64,000 bases of DNA. Origin: Octopus sinensis (Eukaryota). This document shows, piece by piece, positions 52,537 through 63,929 of the stretch; within the stretch, counting starts at the first letter, position 1; every line of letters begins with the position of its first letter. The position numbers were made by a program, and so were the translations under genes. Under the pieces are notes generated by a model, which made no database searches, was not told where the DNA came from, and was given only the letters and a program-made list of their open reading frames with translations. The DNA lies in assembly GCF_006345805.1 (NCBI RefSeq), contig NC_042998.1:146258001-146322000 (forward strand), written 5' to 3'.

Positions 52537-52578
52537 GTCACTGAGGAAAGCAAATGTGTTTGAAACGCCGTGTCGGAC
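52537..52578 (+). ncRNA. Minimal type-I hammerhead-like motif
   Basis: GTCA-CTGAGGA-AAGCA(AATG)TGTTT-GAA-AC(GCCGT)GT-C-GGAC: core intact, A.G mismatch at the base of stem I. Confidence 0.6.
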
Positions 52579-53664
52579 AATCTGCTTACAACATTCTGAA
52601 CGAGCTCTGAGCTTTTTTTTAACACTCAAGTTTCTAATGAAAGTTTCTCAGTGAGATATCACAACTAGCGCCATTTTGTGTTTATGTATATGTTGTGGAT
52701 ATTATACACTTCGTTGTTTAATACAATATCCAGTTTCCTTGACCAATTCCATTGTAGAATATCATGCGATCTTTTTGAAAAATCTTTCGTAGTCTACGGT
52801 TTTTTCGTCACAAAATAAGAAATAACTGTAAACTTGTCAAGGAGCAGGATAAAAATAACGAAATCCCGGATAGAGAAAAGGAAGTGTTTAAACCGGAAAT
52901 TTCTTTTATATGGGAGAGGATAAGTAAAAATAATGTTAGCACAAGGAAATGAGTTTGTGGGGGAGTAAGTAAAAATATCCATTTTAGGAGTTGTTTTAAG
53001 TGGTCGTCTACACAACATACGTGTCCGGTTGTCGTTGCTGTTGCGTATGTTTTGTAGTTGTCCATTATTTTAAATGAATTTTTTTTTTGTTAACGGTTAG
53101 TTCCTGGATAAGTTCACCGTTAGATTCATGGACATCGTTCAAATGACGCTGATTATAATGAGGGGCTTCTGATTCAGTTGCCGCCGGATATGAAACCCCA
53201 CTCTGGATTTGGAGCTTTGATGAAGCTACTGCTGTTATTGATGATGATAATGTGTACACACACACACACACACACATACACACACACACACATTAATAGA
53301 TAAATGATAGAAAATGGAAAGAACGAAATTATTTAAAATGACTACAATTGATTCAATACATTTTTACACCTGTAGTACATTGGTGAGTTTATAATCATTA
53401 TCATACAAATAAGGTGTAAAATGCACTTCCTCTGGTTGTTTAAATAAGTCCTTCGTTAGATGTTCTCGTCATTTCTTTCAGTGTGAGAATACATACTCTA
53501 AGTAATGTGTCATTTTCTAGAGTTTACAGACAAAATTTTTTGTCTGTAAACTTTCATCAATGTACTACGGCTGTAAAGATGTGTAGAAACGATTGCAGTG
53601 ATTTTAAATAAAGAATGTCGTTCATTCTTTTATTATTTATCCATTTATATAAACTCCACGGATA

Positions 53665-53686
53665 ATATATATATATTATATATATA

Positions 53687-53728
<42 letters not shown>

Positions 53729-53763
53729 TATTATATATATATATATTATATATATATATATAT

Positions 53764-53797
<34 letters not shown>

Positions 53798-53845
53798 ATA
53801 TATACATACATACATACATACATACATACATACATACATACATAG
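53665..53845. repeat. (TA)n/(CATA)n microsatellite
   Basis: Read directly. Confidence 0.95.
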
Positions 53846-53954
53846 TAGTGCTCTAGTTTAAGCCTCTTGAGCACTAAGTTTATTCTATACGGAGAATATC
53901 TGATCTCATCTATGAACTATATATATATGTATGTGTACACACACACACACACAC

Positions 53955-53995
<41 letters not shown>

Positions 53996-54684
53996 ACACA
54001 TATATATATATATATATCAAAAGTTATACAGAGAAGGGAAAAATAGATAAAACCTGGGCGAAACATATCGGATAGAAAAGGGAGACAAAACACGATACAA
54101 GGAACATTCGCAGTTGACTTTATCATCAGTTGGTGTCCGAGACCTCATAATCTTGGATGCCAACTGTTTACAAACAAAAAAATTTGTCTGCAAACTCCTG
54201 AAAATGACACATCACTTAGAGCATGCATTCTCACACAGAGTGAAATGACGAGAAGAAACCAAGACCACTGTTATCTACCGGGAGCGCCAGAGCATAGAGC
54301 TACAGGAAAAAGCTGACGAATATATGTGAGGACAGGACAAAATAACATTGCGTGTACAATAAGAAATAATGACAAGATATAACAGGCAAGGAAGGGTATA
54401 TACACAATAGAAAATGCCTTGTGACTGTACAATATGCAAAAAGAATGATTATACGTATACAGTACAATACAAACAAAAAAAGCTTTTTCGGCTATCAAGA
54501 CAAGCGTAGTGAGGTAGCGCAAAGAAATGTAAAAAGTTTTTGACGGACGGAACACAGACGTGTCTGGCTGGGTCAGCAGCAGGCCGAAAATGAACGACGC
54601 CCTTTGACTGTCCACTGGTCACGTGCTAGGAGAGAGGAAGAGTAGGGGAGGGAGTAAGGGATGAGAGAGGCAGAAGAGTAAGAC

Positions 54685-55050
54685 CATTTGACTGGCCATG
54701 CTGGATATCGTCTTCAAGAATTTTTAGTCGAATGAGTTGACCTCACTCCATATATTTTTTACAGGCTGGTACTTATTCTATTAGTCACTTTTGCTGAGCC
54801 GCTAAGTTACGGGGACGTAAACAAACCAATACCGGATGTCAAGCGGTGGTGCGGGACAGACAGACAGACACACACACACACAGAGAGAGGCTTCTTTCAG
54901 TTTCCATCTACCAAATCTACTCATAGGGCTTCGGTCGGCAGGAGGCTATAGTAAAAAGCACTTGCTTATGATATCATACAGTGGGGACTGAACCTGAAAC
55001 TATGTGGTTCGGATGTAAGCTTCTTACCACACAGCCACGCCTACTCCTAT
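54685..55050 (-). mobile_element. SINE family B
   Basis: Reverse complement of family B. Confidence 0.8.
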
Positions 55051-55329
55051 GTGTGTGTGTGTGTGTGTGAGCGTGTGCGCATGACATTTTGTTAGAATTT
55101 TCTGTCTAATCTCGATATGGGACGAAGTGTATTTGATGCCTTGGTTAATAAACTTTATTGATCAATTATCGAGTCATGTGCATATTTGTATTTTGTATAC
55201 AAGCTTCATCTACGGCAGACGAAGCTTGTACAGAAAACAGAGACTAACTTTTTGAGTTCAAAAAGTAATGGGTCGGAAGAAATGCCGCTAAGCATCGTGT
55301 TCGGCACACTAACAATTCTACCAGCTTGC

Positions 55330-55661
55330 GCTGACGATATGAGCATCTCTGACCACGCGCAGGAGTAGTGAGGAAGCATCATGGCCATGTGTTGAGAGGA
55401 ATTCTTTAGGGTTTGAATAATTCACCTCTGGAAACATAGGTGTTTCGTTCATCATCCTTAAACAACCGTTATCCAATGAACTTCTGAGTGGGACGGTCAA
55501 CTCAACCTCAAGAAAATTCTAACTGGGCTCTGTTTGCAAAGTCATGCGCTGTTTATCCTGATATGAGGTTACCAAGCCGAGCACATATCGTTGTGATGCA
55601 AGTGCTTGGTGTACCCTTATACCCCAACATCACTTTGATGACGTGCGCTATTCTCTCACTC
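55330..55661 (+). mobile_element. Family C repeat, 5'-truncated copy
   Basis: Matches the 3' part of 1977-2530; AAT/AAC tail. Confidence 0.8.
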
Positions 55662-55809
55662 AATAATAACAACAACAACAACAACAACAACAACTAGAAA
55701 AGCACTTGCTCAAGGACACAAAGCATTATTTGGTTCAAGAATTGAATCTAGGACCTCATGCCTGTGACCCCCAACACCTTAACCACTACGCCATACACCA
55801 CTGCGCATA

Positions 55810-55995
55810 TAAGCACTACACCGATACGTTGCCAAAGTATCTCGCCCCCGGATCATATCTCTGCACACTGCTATCGGAACGGAAGTGGCTATGCGCAAGT
55901 GCGAGCCCCATGAATTAAAGTGGCTGTTCCAGCGCATCTCCCTCACCATCATCCAGGGCAACACCTTTTCCATTTTGTCTGCTGGGAGCATGAGG
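55810..55995 (+). mobile_element. CRE-clade-like non-LTR C-terminal remnant
   Basis: ELKWLFQRISLTIIQGNTFSIL resembles the LFQRIS..QRGNA.S.L end of CRE-type RLE ORFs. Confidence 0.55.
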
Positions 55996-56620
55996 CTGCG
56001 TTACAGGAAATAGTGAGTGTAAGAATTTCGTAGCTTACTACACGAACAATAAACCTGTAGAAAGATGAAGTGTAGTTCTACACACGTAAGCATCATTTTT
56101 CGATCGAAAAGAACCGATAAACCTAGTTATAGGAATTAAACTGGTTCTTCGGTCTGAGGTTAGGTCAATATTTTAGTGCACAGTTTCCTATTACAAATAG
56201 CAACATTTGAGTCCCGCGCTTTCCTCTCCTACTTCATTCACACCACTCCCACAAAAAGGTTACAAACTCCACTCTTCCTTTTATGACTAAGGCATAACGA
56301 ATCTAAGTCTAGTCAACCACATGAGCAGTTTATATCACATCACAATGTGTGAGGAAACATTAACGAAAGGAGCCTAACTTCGCGCAGTGTGAGTAATCTC
56401 ATTTGCATAATCTATTCAAGTTTGACAACCGTGTTAAATGTTATTCTCTCTATAACAAACACCACATGAAAACTGATAATTCAGTCGACTAAAGAATATT
56501 TATATATCTTATTGAGCTGCAGACTATCGGAGTTAAACGGAAATTGACCCTGAAACCAATTTTCCGTTAACATTGTGGTAAGAACTTGGAGATACACTCC
56601 CAATTCACATCAACACTATG

Positions 56621-56696
<76 letters not shown>

Positions 56697-56910
56697 TGTG
56701 TCTGTGTTTGTCCCCTACCACTGCTTGACAACCGGTGTTGGTATGTTTACGTCTACGTAAATTAGCGCTTCGGCATAAAGACTGATACATTAAGTACCAA
56801 GCTTTAAAAATATTAGAAATAAGTACTGGGGTCGATTTATTTGACTAAACCTTTCCAGACGGTGCCCCAGTATGGCCGCAATCAAATGACTGAAACAAAT
56901 AAAAGATAGA
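56697..56910 (+). mobile_element. SINE family B 3' half
   Basis: GTGTTTGTCCCC..GGTGCCCCAGTATGGCCGCA..GACTGAAACAA. Confidence 0.75.
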
Positions 56911-57656
56911 TATGGCAAACTTTTAGTTTTTATGCTGTGGTTTGTTGTCAAGACAGGTTTATCGCTAATGATTATCTTTTTCTTGTTTTAGTCATTGGAC
57001 AGCGACCATGCTGAAGCAGTGTTTTAAAAAGTTTAATTGAACAAATCGGCCCTAATAATTATTTTTTAAAGTGTGGTACTTATTCTATCGTTTTCTTTTG
57101 CCGAACGGGTAAGTTACGGGGACGAATACTGCCAATCCGATGCTCTACTGATTCTGCAAATCGACATGGTGATTGTCATATTTAAGTCACTGTCACATGT
57201 ATAAGGATGTTTGTCCCAATAAACACCTATGGGAAGATAGGCAGGAGTGTAGTTAGGGAGAGTGAGGGGGTGTCACCAAATTTATGACGGTGACACTTTG
57301 TTTTGCTGTATAAACTTGTATAGGCTTGGGGGTTCAGGGAATAGGAAACCCAAGGACTGTCCCAGGCGGCTTACATTCCCGCTACGTCACAAAGTGGGCG
57401 GGGTAGAGGGAATTATATCCGGAATTTAAAAACGTCATTGAAGAAATAAAATATAAGCCTCTGTCACGTGTATTAGGAAGTTAGTCCCAGTAATTACCTG
57501 CGAACAGAGAGAAAGGGGCAGAAAGTGAAAGATATAATTTTCTGGGACTTAACTAAGGACGTCCTTTAAACAATAAAATATGGCTGAATCCCCATTTGTT
57601 GAGATTAATGCAATGAACGACAGCAGACGTTAAGGAATGTCACGAAGGAGTGAGTC

Positions 57657-57718
<62 letters not shown>

Positions 57719-57974
57719 GAAGAAGAGAAGATTACGGAATGACCGATCCTATGGTGATAAGGAAAAGGTGGGGGAGTGTATGATAACTGTATATGATGAT
57801 GGTTGGGTGCGGTGTTTTATATGGATTGGATTCATTGTCACCTGAGCTGACACACATACAACCACACAGTAACGTCAGATACAAACTATGAAGATTAAAT
57901 GTAACGGAGATGAGAGAAAATAAAATAAATAGAGAGTGGGAAAGAAAGGGGAGAGAAAACGAGGAAAACAGGAA

Positions 57975-58026
<52 letters not shown>

Positions 58027-58400
58027 AAATGGGAAGAGAAAATACAAAGCGATCGAAAATTTCGGAGTGTGTGTGTGTGAGGGGGTGTATGTAGGTGTGC
58101 GAGCACATTGGCTTGAAAGGCGATGTAGTTTGTGAATTCGTGTGTGTGTGGGGGGTAAGAGAGTTTTTCTTTATTCACCATAAGGTTGAGAAAAAGAGGG
58201 GACAATACGGGGACAGACAAAACAAACGTTGGGGGTCAGGGTATCGAATGAGACGAAACGTATGAATAAACAAACAATTAAAATATATACAATTAAATGA
58301 GAATGAGTTATTAACAAAAAATGAAGCGGAGGACACGGTTGACCCCACAAACCACATACTCACACTGGAGACTTTGCTTTCTCCTTTTTTACATTCTCGA

Positions 58401-58827
58401 TTAAACAGGTTCTTTCACTCGCAACATACTTGCTATAGACTTCCATCTTTTACGAAACACACTTTGCGACAGGCATTTCTTCTCCAGCCTTATTTTCCGT
58501 TTCATGGGGAAAACGAAAAAGTCAATGAGCTCGAGACTGTTGCAATTCCTTTCACTCTCGTCTTCCATACTACTTCTTTCGCAACAGCAACTACCGAGAG
58601 AAAACAGACTCACTCCTCCCTATTCAAGGAGGCCGGCGGAACTATCTTAATTACAGATTCGCTCGACAGTTGTACTCTTCTCGAATGCGACAGCAACTGT
58701 TCAACATAAGCCCAGAGTCAGTCACCTTGGGGCATTGCACAATCGCGTGCAGGACAGTTTAACTGTCCCTCTCACATCTTGCACAAACCGACGAAGGTGC
58801 ACACCCATGTCTAAAGAGCTTATCTCG
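58401..58827 (-). pseudogene. Tx1/L1-type ORF2 C-terminal zinc-binding region
   Basis: RDKLFRHG..CARC..*TVLHAIVQCP..WAYVEQLLS..VAVAKEVVWKTR..LIDFF..KIRLE..FRKRW, with two stops and two frameshifts. Confidence 0.8.
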
Positions 58828-59340
58828 GGATCTTTTCCTTTTGAACGGCAGTTTTCAACACAATTTCTAGTTAGCTAAACACTTTTAAACTTCGTATACT
58901 GGTAGAATGTGTCAAAATAAAACATTTTTTCTCTTGGCTTTCTTGAGAAAATTGTAATTTGTAAGTTTAACGTAGTTTAATTTTTCGAATTTTAACCAAT
59001 CCTATCGCCTCTATTGAGCTAAAATCATTTGCTGCGTCTAAAACAGACAACATCCTGTCACTAACCCTAACCCTCACCCTAACCCTAACCCTAAATTTTA
59101 GCCTTTCGTTTTTTTTTCTTAATTGTTAAATTAATTTAATTGTTACGCGTGTGTCTAAAAGTATTGGTTTTGCTTTTGTTTTGAGTTTTTGCTTTCGTTT
59201 TAACCTTTCGTCTTTTTTTTCTTAATTGTTAAATTAAGATTATTTTCCATTGCTTTCGTTTTAGTCTTTCGTTTTTTTTCTTAATTGTTATCCTTAAATT
59301 AATTTAACAATTAATAAAAAAAAATTGAAAGGCTAAAATG
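58828..59340. mobile_element. GGATCTTT foldback element, one end, with (CCCTAA)n at ~59061-59093
   Basis: Near-identical to 40782-41180; internal inverted repeat 59095-59140 vs 59297-59340. Confidence 0.85.
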
Positions 59341-59482
59341 TGTGCTTTTTCCAGTGTGTGTGTTTTTTTGGCTACGTGTGTGTTTGCGACTGTATTTGTG
59401 GGTGTGGGTATGCTTGTCTGTCTCGGAGCATAGTCCTGTGTATCCGAAGAGGGTGGGTTTTTTCCGTTTCCGTCTTTTTTTT

Positions 59483-60514
59483 TTAAGGTTCCACGGTGAC
59501 CCACTCCTTGTTGTTGTTGTTGTCGTTGTTGTTGTTGTTTTCTCCCGCTGTCGGCTGTACTTCGGCAAATGGTGTGCGCGACGTGGCTGCTATTTCTAGC
59601 GGTGTGGTCGTTGTCTTCGGCGTCGTGCTTGCCTCTTCTGCTGTGTTTTCTTTGGCTGTCTTCTTCTTACAGCTCGACCTTATGTGGCCTTTCTCGCCAC
59701 ATTTGTAACATCTGGGCTTTCTCTCCTCGACTACCACCATCAGGCTGGTATTTTCTCCAATTGTAAGGGAACTGGGCATTTTTTCTAAGTCTGAGGGGTT
59801 TGCTTGGATGACAAGGTCTAAATCTTGTCCAACCCAGTTCATGTGCTGGTATCTCTTAGACTGAAGAATTGAAATTTCTTCTTCTTTGCCTATGAGAATA
59901 GCGGCTATCACCCAGGCCACATCTATTTCGGGTGGTATATCCGTGACTGTGACTTTTGAAGTTCTCTTTCCTAAGTAAGTCGGCAGGAGAACTACTTCCT
60001 CCGACTTCAATGTCATTGTTGAATGTTTCTTAGCTTTTTCTTCGCTAGGGAAATGTACCTCTACAGTGCCGAAGCGACTACCTCTCGTTATGTAGCTTGT
60101 TTGTTGCCATATCAGCCTCAAGCATTTTTCTATCGCTTCCCTCGGTACGAAGTCGATTTTTAAATTTTTTACATGATATGTTTTGTATATCACAGTTTTT
60201 CTCTCCGGCGCGTAAATTAATTCACTGGGAGGGAGAAACTTCACATTATCACCTTCTTTTTTTATTAGTCCTTGATATTTCTTTAAATCTTCCTTGTTAA
60301 TGACTATATTTTCACAGGGGCAAGTTGCTGCACTCGCAAAATTTATTTTTGATTTTTCCTCTTGTTTAGCCTCGCAAGACATCTTGTCGTTTGCTTTTGT
60401 AACAAGCGCGTGAGACGCCTCTATGCCTTTACCTTTCTCCTCCCACATATTCACCTTTATGCCTTCAAACAAATTTTCAAAGTTTTCCTCGGACTCGGAA
60501 GAAATTGGTGGCAA
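59483..60514 (-). CDS. gag-like ORF1 protein with CCHC zinc knuckle (retrotransposon-derived)
   Basis: 343 open codons. CYKCGEKGHIRSSC knuckle after an RRM-like region (GTVEVHF..KVTVTDIPPEI). Annotated start is TTG; first ATG is at codon 23. Confidence 0.75.
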   Translation of the reverse strand: MPPISSESEENFENLFEGIKVNMWEEKGKGIEASHALVTKANDKMSCEAKQEEKSKINFASAATCPCENIVINKEDLKKYQGLIKKEGDNVKFLPPSELIYAPERKTVIYKTYHVKNLKIDFVPREAIEKCLRLIWQQTSYITRGSRFGTVEVHFPSEEKAKKHSTMTLKSEEVVLLPTYLGKRTSKVTVTDIPPEIDVAWVIAAILIGKEEEISILQSKRYQHMNWVGQDLDLVIQANPSDLEKMPSSLTIGENTSLMVVVEERKPRCYKCGEKGHIRSSCKKKTAKENTAEEASTTPKTTTTPLEIAATSRTPFAEVQPTAGENNNNNDNNNNKEWVTVEP

Positions 60515-60676
60515 ATTGATGTTTTTCGTCGCTTCCCCCTTGTTTCAAGGGGGAAACAACAGCAAAACTCTGCTGCAACAGCAGAAAAGAAGTGGTCTCG
60601 ACGAACAAAACAGCAAATTTTCACAATTTTCTGCACAAAAACAATCTTTCACTGCGGAGCAAAGAATAACACGACC

Positions 60677-60679
<3 letters not shown>

Positions 60680-60749
<70 letters not shown>
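60680..60749. repeat. (GA)n/(TC)n microsatellite at the Tx1-like 5' junction
   Basis: Read directly. Confidence 0.95.
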
Positions 60750-60752
<3 letters not shown>

Positions 60753-61168
60753 TGTATTTGCGTGAAAGGGAACGAGAGAAAATGTGTTTGAGATCATGGA
60801 ATAATTACTTCTAAATGAAGATGGCTCATCTGGTTACATATTGGTGAATGTAGCGCTTGGTGAATTGTAACGTTTTTGAATGTTAACGTTTGATAAATTT
60901 AGCCTTAACCTCGATGTCGCCAGACGATGGCAATTGATGCTTTAACTCCTGTTGGCGTGTTAACAGTGGCGACCTGATCACTTCCCACCTCCTCCTTCTG
61001 GCTTTCAGCTCAGCTCTCTCTCTCTCTCATTCCATACAAGAACTTTTTGCATCCCCACCTGTAGCAAGCAGTTGTGGTTGTGTCTTTTAAACATCTTTTC
61101 ATGTCATCCCAATGGCTATGAGCATTCTCCGTACTGATTGGATAGGCGGGGGGGGGGATCCTCTAGAA

Positions 61169-61476
61169 CACTGGTTCTCAACCGGGGTCCATATGGTCCC
61201 TGATTTTGGGAGGTTCATGCAACAAAATAGTAATTTGGGGATTCACAATAGTATTTTTAGGGGACCCGAAAAATTTTTGCTTTATATGTATATATTGCAA
61301 AAACCAGCTAGGTTTCTAATATCTTACATAATTTAACCTACACAAGTTAATGTGAGAAAAATAAAATAGGAATTTTGAAAGAAATTTCTATGAAACTAGG
61401 TTTTAAACATCGAATGGTCATGGGGTTCCACCAGAATAAAATAGTAATCAAAGGTGTCTATAGATAAAAAATGGTT
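61169..61476 (+). mobile_element. hAT (Charlie-like) MITE, right TIR clipped
   Basis: CACTGGTTCTCAACCGGGG start preceded by CTCTAGAA (NTCTAGAN-type target); body matches 42978-44834. Confidence 0.75.
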
Positions 61477-62161
61477 AACGTTTGGTGAATTTAGCCTTAA
61501 CCTCGATGTCGCCAACAGCAACTGGGAATAGGCACATCCACCACTTTTATCCCCGCAAACCCGAAAAAGGACCTGATGGTTCGGCCTTCTTCTGTTGAAA
61601 GGCTTCAGTGCACCTTTCTTCCCATGAAACTGCAAGGTTGATGAAAATGATCATTTTCATTTCCCCAGAACAACATCTGTTCTCAAGGTTGCTTAGACAA
61701 CCAGCCTTCCTCTCTAATTTCATATCCTCTCATTACATCTTTTATAGTTTAGTTTTATCGTTTTAATTGTTAATTAATTGTTTTATAGTTAACGAGTCTC
61801 AAAATAATGCAGAAATCCGTCCTGATCAAGAGGCTTATCGGTCGGGGAAGATATGGCCTGACATGGAGTAAACAGAAAATGAAAGACATTCTATTTTGAA
61901 AATTGTCCAGCAACGACGGCCTACTCAGCTTGTGTGTGTGTGTGTATGTGTGTGTGTGCGTGTGTGTACAAGTGTGCGCGCGCGCATGTGTGTGTGGGTG
62001 TTTGTCTGAGTTTCTTACTCCTCACACGCGCCACCACATGACAACCTGTTCAGCAAAAGTGACCAACAAAACAAATATCAGATAAAAAAAAAAAAGAAAA
62101 AAAACTAGTGGAGACTGAAACCCTTGAAGAAGTAAAAAGATATATAATATATATTAATCAA

Positions 62162-62900
62162 AGGCGGCGAGCCAGGCAAAATGCTTTGCGTTATTTCGTC
62201 CGTCGCTGCGTTATGAGTTCAAATTCCGCCGAGGTTGACTTTGCCTTTCATCCTTTCGGGGTCATTAAATTAAATACCAGTTACGCACTGGGGTCGATGT
62301 AATCGACTTAATCCGTTTGTCTGTCCTTGTTTGTCCTCTCTGTGTTTAGCCCCCTGTGAGTAGTAAAGAAATAGGTATTTCGTCTGCCGCTATGTTCTGA
62401 GTTCAAATTCCGCCGAGGTCGACTTTGCCTTTCATCCTTTCGGGGTCGATTAAATAAGTACAAGTTACGCACAGCGGTCGATATGATCGACTTAATCCGT
62501 TTGTCTGTCCTTGTTTGTCCTCTCTGTGTTTAGCCCCTTGTGGGTAGTAAAGAAATAGGTATTTCTTCCGGCTCTATATTCCGCCGAGGTCGACTTTGCC
62601 TTTCATTCTTTCGGGGTCGATTAAATAAGTACCAGTTAACACTGGGGTCGATGTAATCGAATTAATCCGTTTGTCTGTCCTTGTTTGTCGTCTCTGTGTT
62701 TAGCCCCTTGTGGGTAGTAAAGAAATAGAAATAGGTATTTCGTCTGTCTTTATGTTCTGAGTTCAAATTCCACCGAGATCGACTTTGCCTTTCATCCTTT
62801 TGGGGGTCGAATTAAGTACCAGTTGCGTACTGGAGTCGAGCTAATCGACTGGCTCCCTCCACCCAAATTTTGGGTCTTGTGTCTTGAGTAGAAAAGAATA
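62162..62900 (+). mobile_element. Head-to-tail array of four SINE family A units
   Basis: Units at ~62162-62373, 62374-62557, 62558-62733 and 62734-62900. Only the first has the A-box end; only the last has the standard tail. Confidence 0.9.
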
Positions 62901-63929
62901 TATATTAATTACTGAGCACACTCCTTTAATGTTTAAATACCGAATAAATATATCCTATAAATATGTTCACTTTGGCGTATTTAGAGGCCAAAGCACGTGC
63001 AAAATACAGGCGCGCGCACATACACACTCACAGACAGACAGTCACACACACCCACACACATACACACACGCACATACACACACACACAGTGCAACAGAAA
63101 TACACATTTTCTTTGTGTCCCCTCTCTCACTTTTTTTCAGACTCAATCCTTGTCACGCGAACATATACAAAACACACATTCACAGATGATAGACGCACAC
63201 ATACGCACACACACACACATACACTCGTATACACACACATACACACACACATGTACACAAAACGCAAACGGGGGCGAATCACACTAACACACACACATAC
63301 ACACATTTAGAAAATAGAATTACATTAACATACACATACACACATCCATACACTCGGAAGCAGACGACAGAAATAGCTCTTCTCACTCACTTATACTCTC
63401 TCTCTCTCTTTCTCTCTCTCACACACACACTCTCTCTTTCATAGACACGCAAGCACAAAAACAGACATACACACATACATATTTATTAGCAGACACAAAA
63501 TATACTCACACAAGATATTTGCACACAACACGCACATACTTAAGAATCAAGAATCACACTACTAGCACACTTACAGAAGGACACTCGTCGACATAAATAT
63601 TTAATTAGAAGTGCTAAAATATAGAACTGTAACTCTCTTCACGCCTCCATCCTGTTGCTACACCGCCTCATCGGAAAAATTCGTTAATCATCGTCAGACT
63701 ATGAGAAAAATCAGATATATTTAGGGGAAATATCAACAGGTATGACGTCAATATACGGGAAAGAGGTGCGGGTGTGTGTGTGTGTGTGTGTGTGTATCTG
63801 TATGTATGTACGTAAGGGATTTAAATTGATTCAATGAAATGGAAAAGTACCCTTTAATCCATTTCTGAAAGCACGTTGGATGTGATCGTGTGTATGTATG
63901 TGTGTGTAAGCTTGCATACACACACGTAC

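Larger units (their letters stand above)
58164..60679 (-). mobile_element. Tx1/L1-clade LINE with internal EN+RT deletion
   Basis: Same-strand order: (TC)n flank, 5'UTR, gag-like ORF1, foreign DNA-transposon end, ORF2 C-terminus, 3'UTR, AATAAA (58170-58175) with A-rich tail, CTCTCT flank. Confidence 0.75.

Noticed and set aside
54127-54166. 16-bp hairpin with three G.U pairs, possible structured RNA
   Set aside because: All three mismatches are CpG-to-TpG changes of a perfect DNA palindrome; too short for a pre-miRNA.
58374-58709. 111-aa plus-strand ORF
   Set aside because: Antisense to the Tx1-like ORF2 remnant.
62162-62900. CRISPR-like array
   Set aside because: Units are ~180-bp SINE bodies with no unique spacers; eukaryotic context and no cas genes.
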